The notes beneath the pieces were generated by a model, which had not been told where the DNA came from, searched no databases, and saw only the letters and a list, made by a program, of their open reading frames with translations. 64,000 nt of DNA, taken from NCBI RefSeq assembly GCF_009914755.1, contig NC_060939.1, one strand, 5' to 3'. The position numbers and the translations under genes were made by a program. Positions within the stretch are counted from its first letter, which is position 1. Every line of letters begins with the position of its first letter. Shown one piece after another: positions 30,201 through 45,700 of the stretch. The DNA comes from the human T2T-CHM13v2.0 reference genome, Homo sapiens.

Positions 30201-33200
30201 ACTCCATTCCATATTATTCCATTACACTCCATTCCATTCTATTACTTTCATTTCCATTCAATTCCATTCCATTTGATTCCATTCCACTCGGTTTCATTCC
30301 ATTTGAGTCCACTCCATTCCATTCCATTCCATTCCATTCAGTTCCATTCCATTCTGTTCCATTCCATTCCGTTCCATTACATTCCATTCCATTCGGTACC
30401 ATTCCATATTGTTCCATTCGATTCCATTCGAATCCATTCCATTCCAGTCCATTCCATTCGATTCCATTCCATTCATTTCAATTCCATTCCATTCCATTCC
30501 ATTCCATTCCACTTGATTCCTCTCCATTCCCTTCCACTGCATTCCTTTCGATTCCATTCCATTGCATTGCATTCCATTCCATTGGATTGCATTCCTTTCG
30601 ATTCCATTCCATTCGAATCAATTACATAGCAATCCATTACATTCGAGTCTATTCTCTTCCGTTCCATTCGATTTCGTTCCAATCCATTCGATTCCATTCC
30701 ATTCGATTCCATTCCATACTATTGCATTCCATTCGATTACATTATATTCGAATAAGTTCCATTCAAGACCATTTCTTTTGAGTCCATTCTATTTGAGTCC
30801 ATTCCCTTTGATTCCATAATATTTGAGTCCATTCAATTCCATTCCTTTCGTTTCCATTCCATTTGATGCCATTCCATTCAATTCTGTTCTACTCGACTCC
30901 AATACATTCAATTCCATTCCATCCGATTCCATTACATTCTTTTCATTTCTTATCCATTTCAAGCCATTCCACTCCATTCCATTCCACTCGTTTCCTTTCC
31001 ATTCGAGTCCATTCCTCTCCAGTCCATTCCGTTCAATCCATTCCATTCCAGTCCATTCCATTCGAGTCCGTTCCATTCCAGTCCATTCCATTCGAGTCAA
31101 TTCCATCCCATTCGATGTCTTTCCATAACGATCCATTCCATTCTATTCCTTTCGATTCCATTCCATTCTATTTCATTCCATTCGATTCCCTTCCATTGGA
31201 CTCCTTTCCATTCGAGTGCATTCCATTCCGTTCCATTTCTTACCGTTCTGTACGATTCCTACCGTTCGATTTCATTTTGTTCCAGTCCATTCCTTTCGCG
31301 TCCATTCCATTCCATTTCACTCCATTCGATTCCATTCCACTCGATTCCACTTCGTTCCATTTCATTGCATTCCATTCTATTCAACTCTATTGCCTTCCAT
31401 TCCATTCCATTCGATTACATTCCATGCGATTCCATTCGAAATCGAATCAATTACATTGCAATCCATTACTATTGAGTCCGTTTTATTCCAGTCCACTGCA
31501 TTCTGGTCCATTCCATTTGATTCCATTCCATTCTATTCCATTCCATACAGTTGCATTCCATTGGATTCCATGCTATATCTATAAATTCAATTCGAGACCA
31601 TTGCTTTTGAGTCCATTCTATATGATTCCATTCCATGCAAGTCCATTACATTTGGTTCAATTCCATTCCATTCCATTCCCTTCCATTCCATTCCATTTGA
31701 TATCAATCCATTCGATTCCATTCCATTCGAGCACATTCCATTCGAGTCCATTCCATTCGATGCCATTCCATTTGATTCTATTCCATTAGTCTCCATTCAA
31801 TTCCATTAATCTCCATTCCATTCCATTCTACTCCAACTGATTCCATTTCATTATATTCCTTTCCATTCCATTTCATTCCATTCCATTCCATTCGTGTCCA
31901 TTCCACTCCAGTCCATTCCATTCGTGTCCATTCCATTCCAGTCCATTCCATTTGTGTCCACTGCATTCCATTCCACTCCATTCCATATTATTCCATTACA
32001 CTCCATTCCATTCTATTACTTTCATTTCCATTCAATTCCATTCCATTTGATTCCATTCCACTCGGTTTCATTCCATTTGAGTCCACTCCATTCCATTCCA
32101 TTCCATTCCATTCAGTTCCATTCCATTCTGTTCCATTCCATTCCGTTCCATTACATTCCGTTCCATTACATTCCATTCCATTCGGTACCATTCCATATTG
32201 TTCCATTCGATTCCATTCGAATCCATTCCATTCCAGTCCATTCCATTCGATTCCATTCCATTCATTTCAATTCCATTCCATTCCATTCCATTCCATTCCA
32301 CTTGATTCCTCTCCATTCCCTTCCACTGCATTCCGTTCGATTCCATTCCATTGCATTGCATTCCATTCCATTGGATTGCATTCCATTCGATTCCATTCCA
32401 TTCGAATCAATTACATAGCAATCCATTACATTCCAGTCTATTCTATTCCGTTCCATTCGATTTCGTTCCAATCCATTCGATTCCATTCCATTCGATTCCA
32501 TTCCATACTATTGCATTCCATTCGATTACATTATATTCGAATAAGTTCCATTCAAGACCATTTCTTTTGAGTCCATTCTATTTGAGTCCATTCCCTTTGA
32601 TTCCATAACATTTGAGTCCATTCAATTCCATTCCTTTCGTTTCCATTCCATTTGATGCCATTCCATTCAATTCTGTTCTACTCGACTCCAATACATTCAA
32701 TTCCATTCCATCCGATTCCATTACATTCTTTTCATTTCTTATCCATTTCAAGCCATTCCACTCCATTCCATTCCACTCGTTTCCTTTCCATTCGAGTCCA
32801 TTCCTCTCCAGTCCATTCCGTTCAATCCATTCCATTCCAGTCCATTCCATTCGAGTCCGTTCCATTCCAGTCCATTCCATTCGAGTCAATTCCATCCCAT
32901 TCGATGTCTTTCCATAACGATCCATTCCATTCTATTCCTTTCGATTCCATTCCATTCTATTTCATTCCATTCGATTCCCTTCCATTGGACTCCTTTCCAT
33001 TCGAGTGCATTCCATTCCGTTCCATTTCTTTCCGTTCTGTACGATTCCTACCGTTCGATTTCATTTTGTTCCAGTCCATTCCTTTCGCGTCCATTCCATT
33101 CCATTTCACTCCATTCGATTCCATTCCACTCGATTCCACTTCGTTCCATTTCATTGCATTCCATTCTATTCAACTCTATTGCCTTCCATTCCATTCCATT

Positions 33201-36200
33201 CGATTACATTCCATGCGATTCCATTCGAAATCGAATCAATTACATTGCAATCCATTACTATTGAGTCCGTTTTATTCCAGTCCACTGCATTCTGGTCCAT
33301 TCCATTTGATTCCATTCCATTCTATTCCATTCCATACAGTTGCATTCCATTGGATTCCATGCTATATCTATAAATTCAATTCGAGACCATTGCTTTTGAG
33401 TCCATTCTATATGATTCCATTCCATTCAAGTCCATTACATTTGGTTCAATTCCATTCCATTCCATTCCCTTCCATTCCATTCCATTTGATATCAATCCAT
33501 TCGATTCCATTCCATTCGAGCACATTCCATTCGAGTCCATTCCATTCGATGCCATTCCATTTGATTCTATTCCATTAGTCTCCATTCTAATCCATTAATC
33601 TCCATTCCATTCCATTCTACTCCAACTGATTCCATTTCATTCTATTCCTTTCCATTCCATTTCATTCCATTCCATTCCATTCGTGTCCATTCCACTCCAG
33701 TCCATTCCATTCGTGTCCATTCCATTCCAGTCCATTCCATTTGTGTCCACTGCATTCCATTCCACTCCATTCCATATTATTCCATTACACTCCATTCCAT
33801 TCTATTACTTTCATTTCCATTCAATTCCATTCCATTTGATTCCATTCCACTCGGTTTCATTCCATTTGAGTCCACTCCATTCCATTCCATTCCATTCCAT
33901 TCAGTTCCATTCCATTCTGTTCCATTCCATTCCGTTCCATTACATTCCATTCCATTCGGTACCATTACATATTGTTCCATTCGATTCCATTCGAATCCAT
34001 TCCATTCCAGTCCATTCCATTCGATTCCATTCCATTCATTTCAATTCCATTCCATTCCATTCCATTCCATTCCACTTGATTCCTCTCCATTCCCTTCCAC
34101 TGCATTCCGTTCGATTCCATTCCATTGCATTGCATTCCATTCCATTGGATTGCATTCCATTCGATTCCATTCCATTCGAATCAATTACATAGCAATCCAT
34201 TACATTCGAGTCTATTCTATTCCGTTCCATTCGATTTCGTTCCAATCCATTCGATTCCATTCCATTCGATTCCATTCCATACTATTGCATTCCATTCGAT
34301 TACATTATATTCGAATAAGTTCCATTCAAGACCATTTCTTTTGAGTCTATTCTATTTGAGTCCATTCCCTTTGATTCCATAACATTTGAGTCCATTCAAT
34401 TCCATTCCTTTCGTTTCCATTCCATTTGATGCCATTCCATTCAATTCTGTTCTACTCGACTCCAATACATTCAATTCCATTCCATCCGATTCCATTACAT
34501 TCTTTTCATTTCTTATCCATTTCAAGCCATTCCACTCCATTCCATTCCACTCGTTTCCTTTCCATTCGAGTCCATTCCTCTCCAGTCCATTCCGTTCAAT
34601 CCATTCCATTCCAGTCCATTCCATTCGAGTCCGTTCCATTCCAGTCCATTCCATTCGAGTCAATTCCATTCCATTCGATGTCTTTCCATAACGATCCATT
34701 CCATTCTATTCCTTTCGATTCCATTCCATTCTATTTCATTCCATTCGATTCCCTTCCACTGGACTCCTTTCCATTCGAGTGCATTCCATTCCTTTCCATT
34801 TCTTTCCGTTCTGTACGATTCCTACCGTTCGATTTCATTTTGTTCCAGTCCATTCCTTTCGCGTCCATTCCATTCCATTTCACTCCATTCGATTCCATTC
34901 CACTCGATTCCACTTCGTTCCATTTCATTGCATTCCATTCTATTCAACTCTATTGCCTTCCATTCCATTCCATTCGATTACATTCCATGCGATTCCATTC
35001 GAAATCGAATCAATTACATTGCAATCCATTACTATTGAGTCCGTTTTATTCCACTCCACTGCATTCTGGTCCATTCCATTTGATTCCATTCCATTCTATT
35101 CCATTCCATACAGTTGCATTCCATTGGATTCCATGCTATATCTATAAATTCAATTCGAGACCATTGCTTTTGAGTCCATTCTATATGATTCCATTCCATT
35201 CAAGTCCATTACATTTGGTTCAATTCCATTCCATTCCATTCCATTTGATATCAATCCATTCGATTCCATTCCATTCGAGCACATTCCATTCGAGTCCATT
35301 CCATTCGATGCCATTCCATTTGATTCTATTCCATTAGTCTCCATTCAATTCCATTAATCTCCATTCCATTCCATTCTACTCCAACTGATTCCATTCCATT
35401 CTATTCCTTTCCATTCCATTTCATTCCATTCCATTCCATTTCATTCCATTCCATTCCATTCGTGTCCATTCCACTCCAGTCCATTCCATTCGTGTCCATT
35501 CCATTCCAGTCCATTCCATTTGTGTCCACTGCATTCCATTCCACTCCATTCCATATTATTCCATTACACTCCATTCCATTCTATTACTTTCATTTCCATT
35601 CAATTCCATTCCATTTGATTCCATTCCACTCGGTTTCATTCCATTTGAGTCCACTCCATTCCATTCCATTCCATTCCATTCAGTTCCATTCCATTCTGTT
35701 CCATTCCATTCCGTTCCATTACATTCCATTCCATTCGGTACCATTCCATATTGTTCCATTCGATTCCATTCGAATCCATTCCATTCCAGTCCATTCCATT
35801 CGATTCCATTCCATTCATTTCAATTCCATTCCATTCCATTACATTACATTCCACTTGATTCCTCTCCATTCCCTTCCACTGCATTCCGTTCGATTCCATT
35901 CCATTGCATTGCATTCCATTCCATTGGATTGCATTCCATTCGATTCCATTCCATTCGAATCAATTACATAGCAATCCATTACATTCGAGTCTATTCTCTT
36001 CCGTTCCATTCGATTTCGTTCCAATCCATTCGATTCCATTCCATTCGATTCCATTCCATACTATTGCATTCCATTCGATTACATTATATTCGAATAAGTT
36101 CCATTCAAGACCATTTCTTTTGAGTCCATTCTATTTGAGTCCATTCCCTTTGATTCCATAATATTTGAGTCCATTCAATTCCATTCCTTTCGTTTCCATT

Positions 36201-39200
36201 CCATTTGATGCCATTCCATTCAATTCTGTTCTACTCGACTCCAATACATTCAATTCCATTCCATCCGATTCCATTACATTCTTTTCATTTCTTATCCATT
36301 TCAAGCCATTCCACTCCATTCCATTCCACTCGTGTCCTTTCCATTCGAGTCCATTCCTCTCCAGTCCATTCCGTTCAATCCATTCCATTCCAGTCCATTC
36401 CATTCGAGTCCGTTCCATTCCAGTCCATTCCATTCGAGTCAATTCCATTCCATTCGATGTCTTTCCATAACGATCCATTCCATTCTATTCCTTTCGATTC
36501 CATTCCATTCTATTTCATTCCATTCGATTCCCTTCCATTGGACTCCTTTCCATTCGAGTGCATTCCATTCCGTTCCATTTCTTTCCGTTCTGTACGATTC
36601 CTACCGTTCGATTTCATTTTGTTCCAGTCCATTCCTTTCGCGTCCATTCCATTCCATTTCACTCCATTCGATTCCATTCCACTCGATTCCACTTCGTTCC
36701 ATTTCATTGCATTCCATTCTATTCAACTCTATTGCCTTCCATTCCATTCCATTCGATTACATTCCATGCGATTCCATTCGAAATCGAATCAATTACATTG
36801 CAATCCATTACTATTGAGTCCGTTTTATTCCAGTCCACTGCATTCTGGTCCATTCCATTTGATTCCATTCCATTCTATTCCATTCCATACAGTTGCATTC
36901 CATTGGATTCCATGCTATATCTATAAATTCAATTCGAGACCATTGCTTTTGAGTCCATTCTATATGATTCCATTCCATTCAAGTCCATTACATTTGGTTC
37001 AATTCCATTCCATTCCATTCCCTTCCATTCCATTCCATTTGATATCAATCCATTCGATTCCATTCCATTCGAGCACATTCCATTCGAGTCCATTCCATTC
37101 GATGCCATTCCATTTGATTCTATTCCATTAGTCTCCATTCAATTCCATTAATCTCCATTCCATTCCATTCTACTCCAACTGATTCCATTCCATTCTATTC
37201 CTTTCCATTCCATTTCATTCCATTCCATTCCATTTCATTCCATTCCATTCCATTCGTGTCCATTCCACTCCAGTCCATTCCATTCGTGTCCATTCCATTC
37301 CAGTCCATTCCATTTGTGTCCACTGCATTCCATTCCACTCCATTCCATATTATTCCATTACACTCCATTCCATTCTATTACTTTCATTTCCATTCAATTC
37401 CATTCCATTTGATTCCATTCCACTCGGTTTCATTCCATTTGAGTCCACTCCATTCCATTCCATTCCATTCCATTCAGTTCCATTCCATTCTGTTCCATTC
37501 CATTCCGTTCCATTACATTCCATTCCATTCGGTACCATTCCATATTGTTCCATTCGATTCCATTCGAATCCATTCCATTCCAGTCCATTCCATTCGATTC
37601 CATTCCATTCATTTCAATTCCATTCCATTCCATTCCATTACATTCCACTTGATTCCTCTCCATTCCCTTCCACTGCATTCCGTTCGATTCCATTCCATTG
37701 CATTGCATTCCATTCCATTGGATTGCATTCCATTCGATTCCATTCCATTCGAATCAATTACATAGCAATCCATTACATTCGAGTCTATTCTCTTCCGTTC
37801 CATTCGATTTCGTTCCAATCCATTCGATTCCATTCCATTCGATTCCATTCCATACTATTGCATTCCATTCGATTACATTATATTCGAATAAGTTCCATTC
37901 AAGACCATTTCTTTTGAGTCCATTCTATTTGAGTCCATTCCCTTTGATTCCATAACATTTGAGTCCATTCAATTCCATTCCTTTCGTTTCCATTCCATTT
38001 GATGCCATTCCATTCAATTCTGTTCTACTCGACCCCAATACATTCAATTCCATTCCATCCGATTCCATTACATTCTTTTCATTTCTTATCCATTTCAAGC
38101 CATTCCACTCCATTCCATTCCACTCGTTTCCTTTCCATTCGAGTCCATTCCTCTCCAGTCCATTCCGTTCAATCCATTCCATTCCAGTCCATTCCATTCG
38201 AGTCCGTTCCATTCCAGTCCATTCCATTCGAGTCAATTCCATTCCATTCGATGTCTTTCCATAACGATCCATTCCATTCTATTCCTTTCGATTCCATTCC
38301 ATTCTATTTCATTCCATTCGATTCCCTTCCATTGGACTCCTTTCCATTCGAGTGCATTCCATTCCGTTCCATTTCTTTCCGTTCTGTACGATTCCTACCG
38401 TTCGATTTCATTTTGTTCCAGTCCATTCCTTTCGCGTCCATTCCATTCCATTTCACTCCATTCGATTCCATTCCACTCGATTCCACTTCGTTCCATTTCA
38501 TTGCATTCCATTCTATTCAACTCTATTGCCTTCCATTCCATTCCATTCGATTACATTCCATGCGATTCCATTCGAAATCGAATCAATTACATTGCAATCC
38601 ATTACTATTGAGTCCGTTTTATTCCAGTCCACTGCATTCTGGTCCATTCCATTTGATTCCATTCCATTCTATTCCATTCCATACAGTTGCATTCCATTGG
38701 ATTCCATGCTATATCTATAAATTCAATTCGAGACCATTGCTTTTGAGTCCATTCTATATGATTCCATTCCATTCAAGTCCATTACATTTGGTTCAATTCC
38801 ATTCCATTCCATTCCCTTCCATTCCATTCCATTTGATATCAATCCATTCGATTCCATTCCATTCGAGCACATTCCATTCGAGTCCATTCCATTCGATGCC
38901 ATTCCATTTGATTCTATTCCATTAGTCTCCATTCAATTCCATTAATCTCCATTCCATTCCATTCTACTCCAACTGATTCCATTCCATTCTATTCCTTTCC
39001 ATTCCATTTCATTCCATTCCATTCCATTTCATTCCATTCCATTCCATTCGTGTCCATTCCACTCCAGTCCATTCCATTCGTGTCCATTCCATTCCAGTCC
39101 ATTCCATTTGTGTCCACTGCATTCCATTCCACTCCATTCCATATTATTCCATTACACTCCATTCCATTCTATTACTTTCATTTCCATTCAATTCCATTCC

Positions 39201-39752
39201 ATTTGATTCCATTCCACTCGGTTTCATTCCATTTGAGTCCACTCCATTCCATTCCATTCCATTCCATTCAGTTCCATTCCATTCTGTTCCATTCCATTCC
39301 GTTCCATTACATTCCATTCCATTCGGTACCATTCCATATTGTTCCATTCGATTCCATTCGAATCCATTCCATTCCAGTCCATTCCATTCGATTCCATTCC
39401 ATTCATTTCAATTCCATTCCATTCCATTACATTCCATTCCACTTGATTCCTCTCCATTCCCTTCCACTGCATTCCGTTCGATTCCATTCCATTGCATTGC
39501 ATTCCATTCCATTGGATTGCATTCCATTCGATTCCATTCCATTCGAATCAATTACATAGCAATCCATTACATTCGAGTCTATTCTCTTCCGTTCCATTCG
39601 ATTTCGTTCCAATCCATTCGATTCCATTCCATTCGATTCCATTCCATACTATTGCATTCCATTCGATTACATTATATTCGAATAAGTTCCATTCAAGACC
39701 ATTTCTTTTGAGTCCATTCTATTTGAGTCCATTCCCTTTGATTCCATAACAT

Positions 39753-42700
39753 TTGAGTCCATTCAATTCCATTCCTTTCGTTTCCATTCCATTTGATGCC
39801 ATTCCATTCAATTCTGTTCTACTCGACTCCAATACATTCAATTCCATTCCATCCGATTCCATTACATTCTTTTCATTTCTTATCCATTTCAAGCCATTCC
39901 ACTCCATTCCATTCCACTCGTTTCCTTTCCATTCGAGTCCATTCCTCTCCAGTCCATTCCGTTCAATCCATTCCATTCCAGTCCATTCCATTCGAGTCCG
40001 TTCCATTCCAGTCCATTCCATTCGAGTCAATTCCATTCCATTCGATGTCTTTCCATAACGATCCATTCCATTCTATTCCTTTCGATTCCATTCCATTCTA
40101 TTTCATTCCATTCGATTCCTTTCCATTGGACTCCTTTCCATTCGAGTGCATTCCATTCCGTTCCATTTCTTTCCGTTCTGTACGATTCCTACCGTTCGAT
40201 TTCATTTTGTTCCAGTCCATTCCTTTCGCGTCCATTCCATTCCATTTCACTCCATTCGATTCCATTCCATTCGATTCCATTCTACTCGATTCCACTTCGT
40301 TCCATTTCATTGCATTCCATTCTATTCAACTCTATTGCCTTCCATTCCATTCCATTCGATTACATTCCATGCGATTCCATTCGAAATCGAATCAATTACA
40401 TTGAAATTCATTACTATTTAGTCCGTTTTATTCCAGTCCACTGCATTCTGGTCCATTCCATTTGATTCCATTCCATTCTATTCCATTCCATACAGTTGCA
40501 TTCCATTGGATTCCATGCTATATCTATAAATTCAATTCGAGACCATTGCTTTTGAGTCCATTCTATATGATTCCATTCCATTCAAGTCCATTACATTTGG
40601 TTCAATTCCATTCCATTCCATTCCCTTCCATTCCATTCCATTTGATATCAATCCATTCAATTCCATTCCATTCGAGCACATTCCATTCGAGTCCATTCCA
40701 TTCGATGCCATTCCATTTGATTCTATTCCATTAGTCTCCATTCAATTCCATTAATCTCCATTCCATTCCATTCTACTCCAACTGATTCCATTCCATTCTA
40801 TTCCTTTCCATTCCATTTCATTCCATTCCAATCCATTCGTGTCCATTCCACTCCAGTCCATTCCATTCGTGTCCATTCCATTCCAGTCCATTCCATTTGT
40901 GTCCACTGCATTCCATTCCACTCCATTCCATATTATTCCATTACACTCCATTCCATTCTATTACTTTCATTTCCATTCAATTCCATTCCATTAGATTCCA
41001 TTCCACTTGATTCCATTCCACTCGGTTTCATTCCATTTGAGTCCACTCCATTCCATTCCATTCCATTCCATTCAGTTCCATTCCATTCTGTTCCATTCCA
41101 TTCCATTCCATTCGGTAGCATTCCATAGTGTTCCATTCGATTCCATTCGAATCCATTCCATTCCAGTCCTTTCCATTCGATTCCATTCCATTCATTTCAA
41201 TTCCATTCCATTCCATTCCATTCCATTCCACTTGATTCCTCTCCATTCCCTTCCACTGCATTCCGTTCGATTCCATTCCATTGCATTGCATTCCATTCCA
41301 TTGGATTGCATTCCATTCGATTCCATTCCATTCGAATCAATTACATAGCAATCCATTACATTCGAGTCTATTCTCTTCCGTTCCATTCGATTTCGTTCCA
41401 ATCCATTCGATTCCATTCCATTCGATTCCATTCCATACTATTGCATTCCTTTCGATTAAATTATATTCGAATAAGTTCCATTCAAGACCATTTCTTTTGA
41501 GTCCATTCTATTTGAGTCCATTCCCTTTGATTCCATAACATTTGTGTCCATTCAATTCCATTCCTTTCGTTTCCATTCCATTTGATGCCATTCCATTCAA
41601 TTCTGTTCTACTCGACTCCAATACATTCAATTCCATTCCATCCGATTCCATTACATTCTTTTCATTTCTTATCCATTTCAAGCCATTCCACTCCATTCCA
41701 TTCCACTCGTTTCCTTTCCATTCGAGTCCATTCCTCTCCAGTCCATTCCGTTCAATCCATTCCATTCCAGTCCATTCCATTCGAGTCCGTTCCATTCCAT
41801 TCGATGTCTTTCCATAACGATCCATTCCATTCTATTCCTTTCGATTCCATTCCATTCTATTTCATTCCATTCGATTCCCTTCCATTGGACTCCTTTCCAT
41901 TCGAGTGCATTCCATTCCGTTCCATTTCTTTCCATTCTGTACGATTCCTACCGTTCGATTTCATTTTGTTCCAGTCCATTCCTTTCGCGTCCATTCCATT
42001 CCATTTCACTCCATTCGATTCCATTCCACTCGATTCCACTTTGTTCCATTTCATTGCATTCCATTCTATTCAACTCTATTGCCCTCCATTCCATTCCATT
42101 CGATTACATTCCATGCGATTCCATTCGAAATCGAATCAATTACATTGCAATCCATTACTATTGAGTCCGTTTTATTCCAGTCCACTGCATTCTGGTCCAT
42201 TCCATTTGATTCCATTCCATTCTATTCCATTCCATACAGTTGCATTCCATTGGATTCCATTCTATATCTATAAATTCAATTCGAGACCATTGCTTTTGAG
42301 TCCATTCTATATGATTCCATTCCATTCAAGTCCATTACATTTGGTTCAATTCCATTCCATTCCATTCCATTCCCTTCCATTCCATTCCAGTTGATATCAA
42401 TCCATTCGATTCCATTCCATTCGAGCACATTCCATTCGAGTCCATTCCATTCAATGCCATTCCATTTGATTCTATTCCATTAGTCTCCATTCAATTCCAT
42501 TAATCTCCATTCCATTCCATTCTACTCCAACTGATTCCATTCCATTCTATTCCTTTCCATTCCATTTCATTCCATTCCATTCCATTTCATTCCATTCCAT
42601 TCCATTCGTGTCCATTCCACTCCAGTCCATTCCATTCGTGTCCATTCCATTCCAGTCCATTCCATTTGTGTCCACTGCATTCCATTCCACTCCATAACAT

Positions 42701-45700
42701 ATTATTCCATTACACTCCATTCCATTCTATTACTTTCATTTCCATTCAATTCCATTCCATTTGATTCCATTCCACTCGGTTTCATTCCATTTGAGTCCAC
42801 TCCATTCCATTCCATTCCATTCCATTCAGTTCCATTCCATTCTGTTCCATTCCATTCCGTTCCATTACATTCCATTCCATTCGGTACCATTCCATATTGT
42901 TCCATTCGAATCCATTCGAATCCATTCCATTCCAGTCCATTCCATTCGATTCCATTCCATTCATTTCAATTCCATTCCATTCCATTCCATTCCATTCCAC
43001 TTGATTCCTCTCCATTCCCTTCCACTGCATTCCGTTCGATTCCATTCCATTGCATTGCATTCCATTCCATTGGATTGCATTCCATTCGATTCCATTCCAT
43101 TCGAATCAATTACATAGCAATCCATTACATTCCAGTCTATTCTATTCCGTTCCATTCGATTTCGTTCCAATCCATTCGATTCCATTCCATTCGATTCCAT
43201 TCCATACTATTGCATTCCATTCGATTACATTATATTCGAATAAGTTCCATTCAAGACCATTTCTTTTGAGTCCATTCTATTTGAGTCCATTCCCTTTGAT
43301 TCCATAACATTTGAGTCCATTCAATTCCATTCCTTTCGTTTCCATTCCATTTGATGCCATTCCATTCAATTCTGTTCTACTCGACTCCAATACATTCAAT
43401 TCCATTCCATCCGATTCCATTACATTCTTTTCATTTCTTATCCATTTCAAGCCATTCCACTCCATTCCATTCCACTCGTTTCCTTTCCATTCGAGTCCAT
43501 TCCTCTCCAGTCCATTCCGTTCAATCCATTCCATTCCAGTCCATTCCATTCGAGTCCGTTCCATTCCAGTCCATTCCATTCGAGTCAATTCCATCCCATT
43601 CGATGTCTTTCCATAACGATCCATTCCATTCTATTCCTTTCGATTCCATTCCATTCTATTTCATTCCATTCGATTCCCTTCCATTGGACTCCTTTCCATT
43701 CGAGTGCATTCCATTCCGTTCCATTTCTTTCCGTTCTGTACGATTCCTACCGTTCGATTTCATTTTGTTCCAGTCCATTCCTTTCGCGTCCATTCCATTC
43801 CATTTCACTCCATTCGATTCCATTCCACTCGATTCCACTTCGTTCCATTTCATTGCATTCCATTCTATTCAACTCTATTGCCTTCCATTCCATTCCATTC
43901 GATTACATTCCATGCGATTCCATTCGAAATCGAATCAATTACATTGCAATCCATTACTATTGAGTCCGTTTTATTCCAGTCCACTGCATTCTGGTCCATT
44001 CCATTTGATTCCATTCCATTCTATTCCATTCCATACAGTTGCATTCCATTGGATTCCATGCTATATCTATAAATTCAATTCGAGACCATTGCTTTTGAGT
44101 CCATTCTATATGATTCCATTCCATTCAAGTCCATTACATTTGGTTCAATTCCATTCCATTCCATTCCCTTCCATTCCATTCCATTTGATATCAATCCATT
44201 CGATTCCATTCCATTCGAGCACATTCCATTCGAGTCCATTCCATTCGATGCCATTCCATTTGATTCTATTCCATTAGTCTCCATTCTATTCCATTAATCT
44301 CCATTCCATTCCATTCTACTCCAACTGATTCCATTTCATTCTATTCCTTTCCATTCCATTTCATTCCATTCCATTCCATTCGTGTCCATTCCACTCCAGT
44401 CCATTCCATTCGTGTCCATTCCATTCCAGTCCATTACATTTGTGTCCACTGCATTCCATTCCACTCCATTCCATATTATTCCATTACACTCCATTCCATT
44501 CTATTACTTTCATTTCCATTCAATTCCATTCCATTTGATTCCATTCCACTCGGTTTCATTCCATTTGAGTCCACTCCATTCCATTCCATTCCATTCCATT
44601 CAGTTCCATTCCATTCTGTTCCATTCCATTCCGTTCCATTACATTCCATTCCATTCGGTACCATTCCGTATTGTTCCATTCGATTCCATTCGAATCCATT
44701 CCATTCCAGTCCATTCCATTCGATTCCATTCCATTCATTTCAATTCCATTCCATTCCATTCCATTACATTCCACTTGATTCCTCTCCATTCCCTTCCACT
44801 GCATTCCGTTCGATTCCATTCCATTGCATTGCATTCCATTCCATTGGATTGCATTCCATTCGATTCCATTCCATTCGAATCAATTACATAGCAATCCATT
44901 ACATTCGAGTCTATTCTATTCCGTTCCATTCGATTTCGTTCCAATCCATTCGATTCCATTCCATTCGATTCCATTCCATACTATTGCATTCCATTCGATT
45001 ACATTATATTCGAATAAGTTCCATTCAAGACCATTTCTTTTGAGTCCATTCTATTTGAGTCCATTCCCTTTGATTCCATAACATTTGAGTCCATTCAATT
45101 CCATTCCTTTCGTTTCCATTCCATTTGATGCCATTCCATTCAATTCTGTTCTACTCGACTCCAATACATTCAATTCCATTCCATCCGATTCCATTACATT
45201 CTTTTCATTTCTTATCCATTTCAAGCCATTCCACTCCATTCCATTCCACTCGTTTCCTTTCCATTCGAGTCCATTCCTCTCCAGTCCATTCCGTTCAATC
45301 CATTCCATTCCAGTCCATTCCATTCGAGTCCGTTCCATTCCAGTCCATTCCATTCGAGTCAATTCCATTCCATTCGATGTCTTTCCATAACGATCCATTC
45401 CATTCTATTCCTTTCGATTCCATTCCATTCTATTTCATTCCATTCGATTCCCTTCCACTGGACTCCTTTCCATTCGAGTGCATTCCATTCCTTTCCATTT
45501 CTTTCCGTTCTGTACGATTCCTACCGTTCGATTTCATTTTGTTCCAGTCCATTCCTTTCGCGTCCATTCCATTCCATTTCACTCCATTCGATTCCATTCC
45601 ACTCGATTCCACTTCGTTCCATTTCATTGCATTCCATTCTATTCAACTCTATTGCCTTCCATTCCATTCCATTCGATTACATTCCATGCGATTCCATTCG

